From contig JAQWIR010000027.1 of assembly GCA_029248755.1 (NCBI GenBank), positions 2,480-66,479 on the forward strand: DNA of 64,000 bases. The letters are read 5' to 3'. Positions 30,159 to 42,146 of this stretch are shown in pieces; the stretch's first letter is position 1, and each line of letters opens with the position of its first letter. The notes beneath the pieces are model-generated. The model searched no databases, was not told where the DNA came from, and worked only from the letters and a program-made list of their open reading frames with translations. This stretch comes from Porticoccaceae bacterium. GTDB lineage: Bacteria; Pseudomonadota; Gammaproteobacteria; Pseudomonadales; Porticoccaceae. Position numbers and translations under genes: made by a program.

Positions 30159-32168
30159 ATGGCCTCACGTCGAGACCTCGCTAATGCTATTCGCGCCCTT
30201 AGTATGGACGCTGTTCAACAAGCTAATAGTGGCCATCCAGGTGCCCCCATGGGAATGGCTGATATTGCAGAAGTATTGTGGAGAGATCATTTAAGCCACA
30301 ACCCCGCAGACCCGTCATGGGCCAACCGAGACCGCTTTGTATTATCAAATGGTCATGGTTCTATGCTGTTGTACTCCCTGTTGCATCTCTCAGGCTATGA
30401 TTTGCCTATTGAAGAGATTAAGAATTTCCGTCAGTTGCATTCAAAAACCCCGGGTCATCCCGAATATGGTTATGCGCCTGGCGTTGAAACAACCACAGGC
30501 CCGTTGGGTCAGGGTATTAGTAATGCGGTGGGTATGGCGCTGGCTGAGAAAGTATTGGCGGCCCAATTTAATAAGCCAGAACATAACCTTGTTGATCACC
30601 ATACCTACACTTTTTTGGGTGATGGTTGCCTAATGGAAGGTATTTCCCACGAAGTATGCTCCCTCGCGGGCACCTTAAAGCTAGGAAAATTAATTGCCTT
30701 TTATGACGATAATGGTATCTCGATTGACGGTGATGTTGCCGGTGTAGATGGTGATGGTGGTTGGTTTACTGATGATACGCCAGCGCGCTTTGAATCCTAT
30801 GGCTGGCAGGTTATTCCTGCAGTTGATGGCCATGATTCTGATGCCGTTGATGCCGCGATTAAGCAGGCACAGGCTTGCGAAAAACCTACTCTAATATGCT
30901 GTAAAACCGTAATTGGGTTTGGTTCGCCTAACAAACAGGGCAAAGAAGACTGTCACGGTGCCCCCTTAGGTGCCGATGAAATTGCCCTTACCCGCGAGCA
31001 GTTGGGTTGGGATTATGGCGCTTTTGAAATTCCTGAAGATTACTACTCAGCATGGAATGGCGTTGCAAAAGGTCAGGCTGCACAGTCTGCATGGAATCAA
31101 CAATTTGCCGCCTACCAATCGGCCTATCCAGAATTAGCCGCTGAATTTGAGCGTCGAACTCAGGGTGAGCTTCCTGCTGATTTTAGCGACAAGGCCGATG
31201 CCTATATTCGTGACTGCCAAGAAAAAATGGAAAAAGTTGCCTCGCGCAAGGCTTCTCAAAATTGCCTCAATGCCTTTGGTCCACTTCTTCCTGAACTATT
31301 GGGTGGTTCTGCAGATTTGGCCGGTTCCAACCTGACAATTTGGTCCGGTTGCAAAGATATCAGTGGCGATAATGCCGATGGTAATTACCTCTACTACGGC
31401 GTTCGTGAATTTGGTATGAGTGCCATTATGAATGGTATCGCACTGCATGGTGGCTTTATCAATTATGGCGCTACATTCCTAATGTTTATGGAATATGCCC
31501 GCAATGCAGTGCGTATGGCGGCATTGATGAAACAGCAAAGTATTTTTGTCTACACTCATGATTCTATTGGTTTGGGTGAAGATGGCCCTACTCACCAACC
31601 GGTAGAACAGTTAAGCGCTCTTCGCGCAACACCCAACCTTCATACTTGGCGCCCTTGCGATACGGTTGAATCGGCAGTCAGTTGGAAAACGGCTATCGAA
31701 CGCAATGATGGGCCAAGCGCATTGGTATTTAGCCGTCAGGGCTTAGCGCCAATGGAACGTTCTGATGAGCAGTTAAGTAATGTCAGTCGAGGTGGCTATA
31801 CTTTACGTGAAGCTAATGATGCACAGGCTATTATTATTGCTACTGGCTCGGAAGTTGAGCTTGCAACCACAGCCGCAGGCCAGCTTGCTGAAAAAGGCAT
31901 TGCGGTTAGCGTAGTATCTATGCCATGTGCAGAAATATTCTGCGAACAAGACAAAGCCTATCAAGAATCTGTTTTGCCACATGCAATCAGAGCACGAGTG
32001 GCAGTCGAGGCCTTGCATGCAGATTACTGGCATAAATTTGTTGGCCTAGACGGTCGTGTTGTTGGCATGACTAGTTTTGGTGAGTCAGCACCCGGGGATG
32101 TATTAATGAAAGAATTTGGTTTTACCGTTGAAAATGTAGTGGCTAAGGTTTTGGAGACCCTAGGCTAA
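30159..32168 (+). CDS. tkt: Transketolase
   Basis: [20 protein letters not shown] and [16 protein letters not shown]. Confidence 0.99.
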   Translation: MASRRDLANAIRALSMDAVQQANSGHPGAPMGMADIAEVLWRDHLSHNPADPSWANRDRFVLSNGHGSMLLYSLLHLSGYDLPIEEIKNFRQLHSKTPGHPEYGYAPGVETTTGPLGQGISNAVGMALAEKVLAAQFNKPEHNLVDHHTYTFLGDGCLMEGISHEVCSLAGTLKLGKLIAFYDDNGISIDGDVAGVDGDGGWFTDDTPARFESYGWQVIPAVDGHDSDAVDAAIKQAQACEKPTLICCKTVIGFGSPNKQGKEDCHGAPLGADEIALTREQLGWDYGAFEIPEDYYSAWNGVAKGQAAQSAWNQQFAAYQSAYPELAAEFERRTQGELPADFSDKADAYIRDCQEKMEKVASRKASQNCLNAFGPLLPELLGGSADLAGSNLTIWSGCKDISGDNADGNYLYYGVREFGMSAIMNGIALHGGFINYGATFLMFMEYARNAVRMAALMKQQSIFVYTHDSIGLGEDGPTHQPVEQLSALRATPNLHTWRPCDTVESAVSWKTAIERNDGPSALVFSRQGLAPMERSDEQLSNVSRGGYTLREANDAQAIIIATGSEVELATTAAGQLAEKGIAVSVVSMPCAEIFCEQDKAYQESVLPHAIRARVAVEALHADYWHKFVGLDGRVVGMTSFGESAPGDVLMKEFGFTVENVVAKVLETLG

Positions 32169-33169
32169 TGATTCGCGTAGCCATCAATGGCTATGGGCGT
32201 ATAGGTCGTTCTGTTTTAAGAGCGGTCTATGAATCTAAGCTACAAGACCACGTAAAAATTGTGGCGATAAACGAGCCTGCTGATAATAAAACCATAGCCC
32301 ACCTAACCCGTTATGATTCTACCCATGGTCGATTTTTGGGTGAGGTGAACTGTGACGAAAATACGCTCACTGTCTGTGGTGATTCCATTGCCATCGTGCA
32401 TCAAGACGATTTAGATCAACTACCATGGGCGGCATTAAAGATTGATGTTGTTTTGGAATGTAGTGGTAGCTTTAGCGATCGAAACACCGCTGAAAAGCAT
32501 TTGCACAGCGGGGCCAAAAGAGTGCTGTTCTCACAACCCGCAGAATCTGATGTCGACGCTACCATAGTTTATGGCTACAACCATCAACAGCTCACAGGCA
32601 GTGAAAAGATAATCTCAAGTGCCTCCTGCTCAACCAACTGTGTTGTCCCTGTGATTCAGGTACTAAATGATAGTTTTTTAGTTGATGGCGGTGTGATTAC
32701 CACTATTCATTCGGCGATGAATGATCAGCCGGTTTTAGATGCCTACCATCATACAGATTTACGTAAAACCCGTGCGGCAATGAACTCGATTATCCCAGTG
32801 GATACAGGTCTTGGATTGGGTATTGATCGTTTGATGCCCCATATGGCTGGGCGATTTCAAGCACAGGCGATGCGGGTTCCAACCATCAACGTATCGGCCA
32901 TCGATTTATCGGTGTTAGTTAATAAGGCCGTTGATACAGCGATGGTTAATCAAGCCTTAGCCAAGGCAGCTCAAGGGCCACTTAAAAATATACTGGGTTA
33001 TACCGAAGAGCCCCTGGCATCCTGCGATTTTAACCACGACCCAAGAAGCGGCATTGTTGATGCCAGTCAAACCAGAGTTAGTCAGCAAAAATTAATTAAA
33101 GTCCTTATTTGGTTCGATAACGAATGGGGCTATGCCAATAGAATGTTGGATGTATTGAAAAGCTGGTAA
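32168..33169 (+). CDS. epd: Erythrose-4-phosphate dehydrogenase (GAPDH family)
   Basis: NGYGRIGR and ASCSTNC; Epd-type IHSAMNDQ and [12 protein letters not shown]; tkt-epd-pgk-fba order. Confidence 0.9.
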   Translation: MIRVAINGYGRIGRSVLRAVYESKLQDHVKIVAINEPADNKTIAHLTRYDSTHGRFLGEVNCDENTLTVCGDSIAIVHQDDLDQLPWAALKIDVVLECSGSFSDRNTAEKHLHSGAKRVLFSQPAESDVDATIVYGYNHQQLTGSEKIISSASCSTNCVVPVIQVLNDSFLVDGGVITTIHSAMNDQPVLDAYHHTDLRKTRAAMNSIIPVDTGLGLGIDRLMPHMAGRFQAQAMRVPTINVSAIDLSVLVNKAVDTAMVNQALAKAAQGPLKNILGYTEEPLASCDFNHDPRSGIVDASQTRVSQQKLIKVLIWFDNEWGYANRMLDVLKSW

Positions 33170-33213
33170 GCGCCAGACATGCAATCCATTTAAATTGAAT
33201 AATAGGAAAAGTA

Positions 33214-34380
33214 ATGACTATCAAAGTAATGACTGATTTAGATCTCAGCCAAAAACGTGTATTGATTCGCGAAGATCTAAACGTACCGGTTAAAAATGGC
33301 GTGGTAACCAGTGATGCGCGTATTAGGGCTGCTTTGCCGACTATAAAATTGGCTGTCAGTCAGGGTGCCAAGGTTATCTTGATGTCTCATCTAGGCCGCC
33401 CAACTGAAGGCCAGTTTGAAGATCAGTTTAGCTTACAGCCTGTGGCTGATAGCCTCAGTCAAAAATTAGGCGCAAAAGTACAGTTAGTTACTGACTGGTC
33501 TAATGGCGTTGAAGTAGCTGCAGGGCAGGTAGCATTATTAGAAAACGTACGCTTTAACAGGGGCGAAAAAGCCAATGATGATTCCCTATCCCAAGCCTAT
33601 GCCAAGCTTTGCGATATTTTTGTAATGGATGCCTTTGGTACCGCCCATCGCGCTCAGGCATCAACCCATGGTGTGGCTAAATTTGCGCCGATTGCCTGTG
33701 CCGGCCCCCTTTTGGCCAATGAGCTAAATGCCCTTGAAAAAGCCATAGCTACTCCTAAAGCACCCGTGGGTGCCATCGTTGGCGGATCAAAGGTTTCCAC
33801 TAAACTCATGGTTCTTGAAACCCTAGCAGATAAAGTCGATCAGTTAATTGTCGGCGGTGGTATTGCCAATACATTCTTAGCGGCCGCAGGACACCCTGTT
33901 GGAAAATCACTGTATGAGCCAGATTTAATTCCAGCGGCCAAAGCGCTGATGGAGAAAGTTCAGATTCCTCTGCCCACCGATGTCGTGGTAGGCAAAGAGT
34001 TTTCAGAAACTGCACAGGCACGCGTGATTTCAGTCGATGCCGTGGAAGCGGATGATATGATTTTTGACATAGGCCCTGAGTCAGCCATTCAATTAGCTGA
34101 AATTATTAAAACCTTAGGTACCATTATTTGGAACGGCCCTGTTGGCGTGTTTGAATTTGATCAGTTCGCCGAGGGCACCAAAACGCTGTCTTTTGCCATT
34201 GCTGAAAGTGAAGGATTTTCAATTGCCGGTGGCGGCGATACCCTCGCGGCAGTCGATAAATATGAAATTGCCGAGCAAGTATCCTATATTTCTACAGGTG
34301 GGGGTGCGTTTTTGGAATATGTTGAAGGAAAAGAATTACCCGCCGTAGCCCTACTAAAAGCACGAGCAGCTAGCGACTAA
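33214..34380 (+). CDS. pgk: Phosphoglycerate kinase
   Basis: [19 protein letters not shown] and STGGGAFLE. Confidence 0.99.
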   Translation: MTIKVMTDLDLSQKRVLIREDLNVPVKNGVVTSDARIRAALPTIKLAVSQGAKVILMSHLGRPTEGQFEDQFSLQPVADSLSQKLGAKVQLVTDWSNGVEVAAGQVALLENVRFNRGEKANDDSLSQAYAKLCDIFVMDAFGTAHRAQASTHGVAKFAPIACAGPLLANELNALEKAIATPKAPVGAIVGGSKVSTKLMVLETLADKVDQLIVGGGIANTFLAAAGHPVGKSLYEPDLIPAAKALMEKVQIPLPTDVVVGKEFSETAQARVISVDAVEADDMIFDIGPESAIQLAEIIKTLGTIIWNGPVGVFEFDQFAEGTKTLSFAIAESEGFSIAGGGDTLAAVDKYEIAEQVSYISTGGGAFLEYVEGKELPAVALLKARAASD

Positions 34381-34447
34381 ATAAGCTTACCAGTAGCAGG
34401 GTTGCAAGGAACGCAATTTACAAACAAGGCTTACAAGGAAAGAAGCG

Positions 34448-35560
34448 ATGTCACTTATCTCAATGAGACAATTGTTGGATCATGCCGCAGAAAATAGCTA
34501 CGGTGTGCCAGCATTTAATGTTAATAATCTAGAACAGATGCGCGCAATTATGCTCGCGGCTGATCAAACTCAAAGTCCGGTCATCGTCCAGGCCTCAGCG
34601 GGCGCGCGCAAATATGCCGGCGCGCCATTTCTACGTCATTTAATTCAAGCGGCTATGGAAGAATGGCCTCATATTCCTGTGTGTATGCACCAAGACCACG
34701 GCACCAGTGCCGCAGTCTGTCAGCGCTCTATTCAGCTTGGCTTTAGCTCGGTGATGATGGATGGCTCTCTAATGGAAGACGGAAAAACACCCTCAAGCTA
34801 TGAATACAATGTGGATGTGACCCGTCAAGTCGTGACCATGGCACATGCCTGTGGTGTGTCGGTTGAAGGAGAATTGGGTTGTTTGGGCTCCCTTGAAACG
34901 GGTCAAGCGGGTGAAGAAGATGGCGTTGGCGCAGACTGTATTCTCAGCCAAGAGCAGATGTTAACCGATCCCGGAGAGGCCGCTGATTTTGTTAGTCAAA
35001 CAGGGGTAGACGCATTGGCCATTGCCTGTGGTACCTCTCATGGGGCCTATAAATTTAGTCGTCCACCTACAGGGGATATCTTGGCTATTGATCGAATTAA
35101 GGAAATTAACCAAAAAATCCCCAATACTCATTTGGTAATGCATGGCTCTTCCTCTGTGCCCCAAGAATGGCTGACCATTATTAATCAGCATGGTGGCGAA
35201 ATCCCTGAGACCTATGGTGTGCCAGTAGAGCAGATATGTGAGGGAATAAAAAACGGAGTGCGTAAGATTAATATAGATACCGATTTACGCTTGGCATCCA
35301 CCGGTATTATTCGCCAATTTTTAGCCAAAAACCCAACAGCTTTTGATCCCCGCGCCTACTTAAAAGAAACCATAGTAGCTATGAAAGATATAGCCATAGC
35401 CCGCTATGAGGCTTTTGGTACCGCGGGTAATGCACCGAAAATAGTGCCTCTGGGGCTTGAGGCAATGACCTATGGTTACACCAGCGGTGAATTGGATGCC
35501 AAGGTTAATTCATTTGTCAGTCTAACCAAAGGGCTGGATATACACCCGAATGGATTATGA
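34448..35560 (+). CDS. fba: Class II fructose-bisphosphate aldolase
   Basis: [26 protein letters not shown] and KINIDTD. Confidence 0.97.
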   Translation: MSLISMRQLLDHAAENSYGVPAFNVNNLEQMRAIMLAADQTQSPVIVQASAGARKYAGAPFLRHLIQAAMEEWPHIPVCMHQDHGTSAAVCQRSIQLGFSSVMMDGSLMEDGKTPSSYEYNVDVTRQVVTMAHACGVSVEGELGCLGSLETGQAGEEDGVGADCILSQEQMLTDPGEAADFVSQTGVDALAIACGTSHGAYKFSRPPTGDILAIDRIKEINQKIPNTHLVMHGSSSVPQEWLTIINQHGGEIPETYGVPVEQICEGIKNGVRKINIDTDLRLASTGIIRQFLAKNPTAFDPRAYLKETIVAMKDIAIARYEAFGTAGNAPKIVPLGLEAMTYGYTSGELDAKVNSFVSLTKGLDIHPNGL

Positions 35561-35566
35561 GTTTTT

Positions 35567-35986
35567 ATGCTTTGTATGGCAGTGACGGACACTGATATAG
35601 AAAATTGTTTTGATGTCATTAATGAGCTGCGACCACACTTGGTAAAAGATCAATTTGTGGAAACCGTGCGCAGTATGGAAAATCAGGGGTTTAAATTGGC
35701 TTTTGTGCAAGTGGATAGCCAAGTGGTGGCGGTTGCTGGGTATCGTATTTATAACAATTTATATATGGGTAAGCATTGTTATATTGATGACTTTGTAACT
35801 GCGTCTGCCTACAGATCAAAGGGCTATGGCGAAAAAATGATTGCTTGGTTGCGCCATCAGGCACTACAGGCTGGGTGTGATTTTTCGCATTTGAACTCTG
35901 GCACCCATAGAGGCAGGGCGCATAAATTTTACTTTGATCAGGGCTTTACTATTGCAAGTTATCACTTTTCTCAAGCGTTGAGATAA
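35567..35986 (+). CDS. GNAT acetyltransferase
   Basis: YIDDFVT...YRSKGYG acetyl-CoA motif and AHKFY..QGF. Confidence 0.88.
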   Translation: MLCMAVTDTDIENCFDVINELRPHLVKDQFVETVRSMENQGFKLAFVQVDSQVVAVAGYRIYNNLYMGKHCYIDDFVTASAYRSKGYGEKMIAWLRHQALQAGCDFSHLNSGTHRGRAHKFYFDQGFTIASYHFSQALR

Positions 35987-36054
35987 GGGGCTTATTTATA
36001 TGTCATCGATTATGGCGCAAGAAAGTTAGTTTAAAGAAATGGCTAAAACTTTAA

Positions 36055-36082
36055 GCAGATGCTCCTTAGAAAGGGCATCTGC
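36055..36082. terminator. Hairpin between convergent GNAT and pit genes (probable terminator)
   Basis: GCAGATGCTC-cttagaaa-GGGCATCTGC; flanking T tracts are weak. Confidence 0.55.
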
Positions 36083-36099
36083 CTAAAGGTTAAAGATCT

Positions 36100-37377
36100 C
36101 TAAAGAAAAACACCCTTAAAGAAAAAGAAGAACAGGATAGATAGTGCGGCACCGGCTGGCAATGTAACTACCCAAGATAAGAAGATGGATCCAACCATGC
36201 GCAAATTAAGGGCGCCAATACCTCGCGCGAGCCCTACGCCCAGTACTGCGCCGACCAATGTGTGGGTGGTTGAAATAGGGAGTCCGGTGCCCGAAGCAAA
36301 AACCACAGTAGCAGCAGCCCCTAGTTCGGCGGCGAAGCCTCGGCTTGGTGTTAGTTCAGTAATCTTTCGGCCTATGGTTCCCATTACTTTAAAGCCATAG
36401 GTTGCAAGACCGAAAACAATACCTGCGCCACCCAATAGGAGTATCCAGCTAGGCATAATACTTTTGGCGCCAATATCTCCGCCAGAACTGACCACACTAA
36501 CAACAGCTGCTAAAGGACCCACTGCGTTTGCAACGTCGTTAGAACCATGAGCAAAAGCCATACTACAGGCAGTAAATATCATTAATACAGCAAATACTCG
36601 TTCAACATTGGCAAAGCGATCATTGTCTTCTAGTGATTCATCACGCTTAACTTTCGACAACAGATAGGTGCCTAGAGCGGCTACTAAAAGACCAAACAAA
36701 GCGGCTAGCATTGCTGTTTCAGCAAAGCTAAATTTGATACCTATATCTTTAAATACATGCTTTAGACCTTTTAGCATGGTTACCATGGCCATTAACCAGC
36801 CGACAGCAAACATGTAATAGGGAACATATTTTTTGGCGCGTTCAAATGGATTATCATGAATTAGGATCAATCTCTGTACGCTTCGGAATAGGGCAAATGA
36901 CATAGTGCCTGCAATTACGGGTGATACTACCCAGCTTGCTACGATAGTGCTGACTTTGCTCCAGTTAACCGCGTCTACAGAAACACCCACTGCCGCGAAG
37001 CCCACAATAGCACCAACGATAGAGTGAGTGGTAGAAACCGGCCAGCCCATAATGCTGGCAATCATTAGCCAAGTGCCAGCCGCCAGTAGTGCTGACAGCA
37101 TACCAAATACCAAATAGTCGGGTTTTTCAGCAAAAATGGCGGAATCGACAATACCTTTGCGGATAGTAGAGGTTACTTCTCCACCTGCTAGATAGGCGCC
37201 GGCAAATTCAAATACCATCGCGATTAGGATCGCTTGTTTTATAGTTAAAGCCTTAGAACCTACAGAGGTACCCATAGCGTTGGCTACATCATTTGCGCCA
37301 ACACCCCACGCCATAAAAAAGCCAAACACCCCTGCAAGGAGAATCAATAAAGTGCCGTACTCAGTAAATAATTCCAT
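36100..37377 (-). CDS. PiT-family inorganic phosphate transporter
   Basis: Two signatures GANDVAN and HGSNDVAN; PVSTTH / PISTTH. Confidence 0.95.
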   Translation of the reverse strand: MELFTEYGTLLILLAGVFGFFMAWGVGANDVANAMGTSVGSKALTIKQAILIAMVFEFAGAYLAGGEVTSTIRKGIVDSAIFAEKPDYLVFGMLSALLAAGTWLMIASIMGWPVSTTHSIVGAIVGFAAVGVSVDAVNWSKVSTIVASWVVSPVIAGTMSFALFRSVQRLILIHDNPFERAKKYVPYYMFAVGWLMAMVTMLKGLKHVFKDIGIKFSFAETAMLAALFGLLVAALGTYLLSKVKRDESLEDNDRFANVERVFAVLMIFTACSMAFAHGSNDVANAVGPLAAVVSVVSSGGDIGAKSIMPSWILLLGGAGIVFGLATYGFKVMGTIGRKITELTPSRGFAAELGAAATVVFASGTGLPISTTHTLVGAVLGVGLARGIGALNLRMVGSIFLSWVVTLPAGAALSILFFFFFKGVFL

Positions 37378-37395
37378 GATAATTAGTTCCGAAAA

Positions 37396-38076
37396 TTATT
37401 TTGCAATAAGAAGTTCAAGACGGTTACCAACACTTTCTGCGGTGTCAGCAATTTCGCCAATGTTATCGATGATGTTATAGAGGAACATCACATGAATGGG
37501 AGGTAAGTCGCCTTCTAATTGAAATAAGTGATGGCGGAGCTTACGCTCTTTTTTATCAACTTTTTGCTCTTTTGCATCCAGCTCTTTAATCAGTTTTTTT
37601 ACAAATTGCACTTCTTGCCCAACAAAGCCGGTTTCTAACAGCTCGTCGAGTTCGTTAATAGCTTTTAGGGCTTGTTCGGAGGCTTGAATGGTGCTTTTAA
37701 TAAAGCCCATAAAGTCAGTTTGTAATGTTTTAGGAATTTCCATTTTCCGGCCCAAAACAATACCGCAGATATCTTTTGATAAATTGGCAATGCGATCTTG
37801 ATAGCCCAATATACTCAGAAGGTCTGAGCGGGATACTGGCATAAACAAATTTTTTGGCATGTTAAGGCGAAATTGTTTTTTTAAATCATCCGCGATATTT
37901 TCATCGGCGCTAATGGAGTCGAAAATATTAGAAGCACTGTCCCACTGTCCATCCATTGCAGCTGTGAAAAAGGGCTCGAGTTGAACGGAGCACTTATTCA
38001 CAATACCCATATGCTCTTGAAGCGGTTTTATTGGGGACTTTCCAAATAAGTCAGAGATCGGATTGCTAAAAGCCAT
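37396..38076 (-). CDS. TIGR00153/DUF47 (PhoU-like) Pit accessory protein
   Basis: FGKSPIKPLQEHM, PVSRSDLL and INELDELLETGF; upstream of pit. Confidence 0.9.
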   Translation of the reverse strand: MAFSNPISDLFGKSPIKPLQEHMGIVNKCSVQLEPFFTAAMDGQWDSASNIFDSISADENIADDLKKQFRLNMPKNLFMPVSRSDLLSILGYQDRIANLSKDICGIVLGRKMEIPKTLQTDFMGFIKSTIQASEQALKAINELDELLETGFVGQEVQFVKKLIKELDAKEQKVDKKERKLRHHLFQLEGDLPPIHVMFLYNIIDNIGEIADTAESVGNRLELLIAK

Positions 38077-38149
38077 AAACTAACTCCTTTAATATTTAAG
38101 GCGATTATAAGTATTTTTTTGAAAATTCAAAGAGAATTTTTACTTCTTT

Positions 38150-40261
38150 TTAAGCCTGAGCATATTGTTGATTGTTGCCTAACCACCGATCTATTAGTGG
38201 GTCCACCGATTGTGGATATTGCTTGATTAAAAGCTCTGCCGCTTGCTTTATTTGAGGTAATAAGTGTGCATCGCGTTGTAGATCGGCAATTTGCAATTGC
38301 ATATCCCCAGTTTGACGGGTACCCAGTAGTTCCCCCGGGCCCCTTAATTCGAGATCTTTTTCTGCAATCACAAAGCCATCATTTGTTTCACGCATGGTTT
38401 TTAAGCGCGCACTGCCATTGGCTGATATGGGTGAGCTGTAAAGTAGCACGCAATGACTTTGGGTGGCGCCACGCCCTACTCGGCCTCTCAGCTGATGCAG
38501 CTGCGACAAACCAAGTCGTTCGGCATTTTCAATAATCATCAAACTGGCATTGGGTACATCAACCCCCACTTCAATCACCGTAGTGGCAACTAGCAGGTTA
38601 ATTTCTCCCGCCTTAAATGCATTCATGATTTCAAGTTTTTCCCTCGGCTTTAAACGCCCATGCACTAGACCTATGGATAGTTCGGGTAGCATAAGTTGTA
38701 ATTCACTGGCAGTAACCTCTGCCGCCTGAGCTTCAAGTACATCTGACTCTTCAATAAGCGTACAAACCCAGTAGGCTTGGCGACCCTCGATACAGGATGC
38801 ACGCACTCGTTCAATAATATCGTTGCGCCTTAGGTTACTAAGCACCGCAGTCTCTACTGGGGTTCGTCCGGGTGGTAATTCATCTATTATCGAGCAGTCG
38901 AGATCGGCATAGGCGCTCATAGCTAATGTTCTTGGGATTGGTGTTGCGGTCATAATTAATTGATGGGGGGCTAGACTGTTCTGTGCAGTTTGATTATCGC
39001 CAAACCCCTTATTGCGCAATGCCAGACGTTGATGCACACCGAATCGATGCTGTTCATCAATAATGGTGATGCCTAAATCATTAAATTCTACGCTGTCTTG
39101 AAATAGCGCATGGGTGCCTATCACCATCTGTGCACTACCGTCTGCGATACGACCTAGCTGGACTTCTCTGGCTTTACCTTTTACCTTGCCGGTCAACCAG
39201 GCAACACTAATATCCATGGTTTTAAACCATTGTTCAAAATTAATTCTATGCTGTTCGGCAAGAATTTCTGTTGGCGCCATCAAGGCGGCCTGTTTGCCAT
39301 TGGCAATGGCTTGTATAGCGGCCATTGCTGCCACCACCGTTTTGCCAGAACCTACATCCCCCTGAACCAGTCGCAACATTGGGTAAGGTTTATTGATATC
39401 GGCGGCTATTTCTTGAGACACTTTTTGTTGAGCGCTGGTTAGCTCAAAAGGCAACTGATCAAGAAAATGAGATAGAGCTTGTTTATTTATTGTTAAGAGT
39501 GGCGCAGGTTGGCTCTGTACCTTGTCGCGCATTTTTAACAGACTTAAATTATGAGCAATTAATTCTTCGGCGGCCAAGCGTTGTTGCGCAGGGTGCTCGC
39601 CTGTAGCTAGTCTATGTAGCTCAATACCGGGAGGCGGTGAGTGAATAAGCTTTAATGCATCTATAAGCGAAAAAGATAAAAGCCCATCTAACGGTTGTTT
39701 TAGCGTTTCAGGTAAAAGCTCCTTTATGCCGTGCTTATCCATCAGGCCTAGGGCCTGTCGGCAGAGATCTCTAACGCGTATTTGCGTAATACCCTCAGTT
39801 AGGGGATAAACTGGTGTTAATGTTTGCTCTAGGTTTGGTGGGTTATTGTTATCAAGATGCTGATATTCTGGATGATAGAGTTCAAGCCCTTATTTGCCCT
39901 GTCTAACTTCACCATAGCAGCGTAATTTCGCCCCCACAATAAGACGATCTTGCTGAGCTCGGCTAAAGTGAAAGAACCTTAAAACAGTGGTGCCAGTATC
40001 GTCTTGTAATTTACACACCAAGCTACGCCGCCGACCAAATACTACGTCACTAGCGCGAATTTTCCCCTCAAGAACCACATCGGTCAGGGGTTGCAGACTA
40101 CCTATGGGTGTGATTTTGGTTCTATCGATATAGCGCAGAGGCAAATGAAATAATAAGTCCTGCAGATTGTTGATGCCAAGTTTACTAAGTTTTTGTGAAA
40201 GTTGGGGGCCTACACCGCGAAGCTCTTTGATAGCCATGGCGTCAAGGCTCATATCAGACAT
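38150..40261 (-). pseudogene. recG: ATP-dependent DNA helicase RecG interrupted by one in-frame TAA at 39890-39892
   Basis: The two ORFs are in the same frame and reading through gives ...GEVRQGK*GLELYHPEY...LTPVYPLTEG. Helicase motifs QGDVGSGKT, DEQH, MTATP and QLRGRVGRG are intact. It could be a sequencing error. Confidence 0.85.
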
Positions 40262-41208
40262 TAGTCGAAAGCCAGTTCAGGAATGGTTCTACTGTTAGGG
40301 CTGATATTGTGGCTAATAAAAATCGCATTGCGAACGGCATCAATGGCCTGATGTCTTGGAAAACTTGCCCGCCATGCGAGAACAACCCTACGCTTTGCAT
40401 TTTCGCCATGCAGTGGAACTGCAGTTAAATTAGCATCAATAAAGTTTGGCGCTTTAGTAACTGACTGTGGCAATATTGAAATTCCAAGTCCTGTGGCTAC
40501 CATTGTGCACAATGTTTCAAGAGAATTTCCTTCAGAGTCCTCATCAGAAGTTACAGTGGTATTATGGTATTGATTAATATTTGGAATTGCTTTTATAACT
40601 TGGTCTCGAAAAGAATGTCCTTGGCCCAGCAGCAAAATATGTTCTTTTGCTAATTCTTCGGCTTTTATTGAAGAGCGTTGCGCAATTGGGTGATTAGAGG
40701 GTAAAGCCACTATAAATGGCTCATCAAATAATGGCTGGACAACCACATCGGGTTCTTCGAACGGCAAAGCTACTATAATCACATCCAATTCCCCTTTTCT
40801 AAGTCTGCTTCGTAATTGCTCAGTATAGCCTTCTTCAAAAATTAATGGCATATCTGGCGCACTTTTTTGAAGTGGTGAAACAAAATTAGGAAATAAAAAA
40901 GCGCTAATGGTAAAAATAGCACCAATATGCAAAGGGGCAATCAGTTCGTTTTTCCCCGAAACTGCAATATCTTTGATGACGGTTGTTGCCTCAAGCACTT
41001 TATGAGCTTGAGCTATGATTTTTACGCCAGTTCGAGTAAGTAGAGTAGTATTTGTTGTTCTTTCAAAAATTTGAACACCCAACTCAGCTTCCATTTTTTT
41101 TATTGCTATACTAAGCGTTGGTTGGCTGACATTGCACATTGCAGAGGCATGGCCAAAGTGTTTGGTTTCGGCCAAGGCGATTGCATAGCGAAGTTCGGTT
41201 AATGTCAT
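40261..41208 (-). CDS. oxyR: OxyR-like LysR regulator lacking the two redox cysteines
   Basis: MTLTELRY..HFG..A..CNVSQPTLS, GAIFTI, GHSFRDQV, SLETL and LAWRASFPR resemble Pseudomonas OxyR; oxyR-recG linkage. Confidence 0.85.
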   Translation of the reverse strand: MTLTELRYAIALAETKHFGHASAMCNVSQPTLSIAIKKMEAELGVQIFERTTNTTLLTRTGVKIIAQAHKVLEATTVIKDIAVSGKNELIAPLHIGAIFTISAFLFPNFVSPLQKSAPDMPLIFEEGYTEQLRSRLRKGELDVIIVALPFEEPDVVVQPLFDEPFIVALPSNHPIAQRSSIKAEELAKEHILLLGQGHSFRDQVIKAIPNINQYHNTTVTSDEDSEGNSLETLCTMVATGLGISILPQSVTKAPNFIDANLTAVPLHGENAKRRVVLAWRASFPRHQAIDAVRNAIFISHNISPNSRTIPELAFD

Positions 41209-41284
41209 ATCGTCTCCCTACGTAATGGTATTAATTACTATTATCATTAAATCCACTATTATATAAATTTTGGGTAACAAATCT

Positions 41285-42142
41285 ATGACACAAAGCACTA
41301 AAGTACTATTTATTGGTTGTGGGGATGTTGCGCAACGAGCCGCGAAACTTATACCAGACGGTTATCGCTGTTTTGGCTTGAGGCGAAATCCAGAGAAATT
41401 GACAGTGGGCGTTGTGCCTATTTTGGCCGACGCCACAAAACCTAAACAGCTAATTTCAGCAGCCTCTGATGGATATGATGTTTGGGTTGCAACCCTTACG
41501 CCGTCGGCTTTTACGAGAGATGCATACCAGGAATCATACTTGGCTGTAGCACAGTCAATAGCCAAAGCTGTAGATGGTTTATCTCAACCACCTAAATTAA
41601 TTATTTGGGTTTCCAGTACCAGTGTTTATGGTGACTCTGATGGCGACTGGGTTGATGAGACTACGATGGCTAATCCGGTCACATTTTCTGGTGAAATACT
41701 GCTTAAATCAGAGCAGATCATTCAAAATTTGCCCTGTACTACGTCAGTGATAAGGTTTTCTGGCATCTATGGTCCTGGTCGAACGCGACTTCTCGATCAA
41801 GTGCGAGCAGGAAAAGGAAGACCAAAAACTCCAAAACAATGGAGTAATCGTATTCATTCTGAAGATTGTGGAGGAGTTTTGGCCCATCTAATAGAGTTGT
41901 TTCAATCTGGCCAGTCTATTGAACCGCTTTATCTCGCTTCCGATAGCCAACCTGTAACTCAGCACGATATTAGAGAGTGGCTCGCCCAGCAACTGTCAGT
42001 CAGTTTAGAAGAGGAGCCTGTCCCTATTAGGCCAGCAAGGCGATGCAATAATCGGCTTCTTTTAGAGGCTGGATTCAAATTTAGATACCCTTCTTTTAAA
42101 GAAGGGTACGCTGCGCTGATAGACAATCAAAAAATTAGTTAA
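41285..42142 (+). CDS. Atypical SDR / NAD-dependent epimerase (YeeZ-like)
   Basis: IGCGDV, SSTSVYG, RFSGIYGPGR and NRIH.ED. Confidence 0.85.
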   Translation: MTQSTKVLFIGCGDVAQRAAKLIPDGYRCFGLRRNPEKLTVGVVPILADATKPKQLISAASDGYDVWVATLTPSAFTRDAYQESYLAVAQSIAKAVDGLSQPPKLIIWVSSTSVYGDSDGDWVDETTMANPVTFSGEILLKSEQIIQNLPCTTSVIRFSGIYGPGRTRLLDQVRAGKGRPKTPKQWSNRIHSEDCGGVLAHLIELFQSGQSIEPLYLASDSQPVTQHDIREWLAQQLSVSLEEEPVPIRPARRCNNRLLLEAGFKFRYPSFKEGYAALIDNQKIS

Positions 42143-42146
42143 TCAA

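Noticed and set aside
39890-39892. Alternative genetic code or programmed readthrough at the recG TAA
   Set aside because: TAA terminates many genes normally in this window, and no other gene shows an internal stop.
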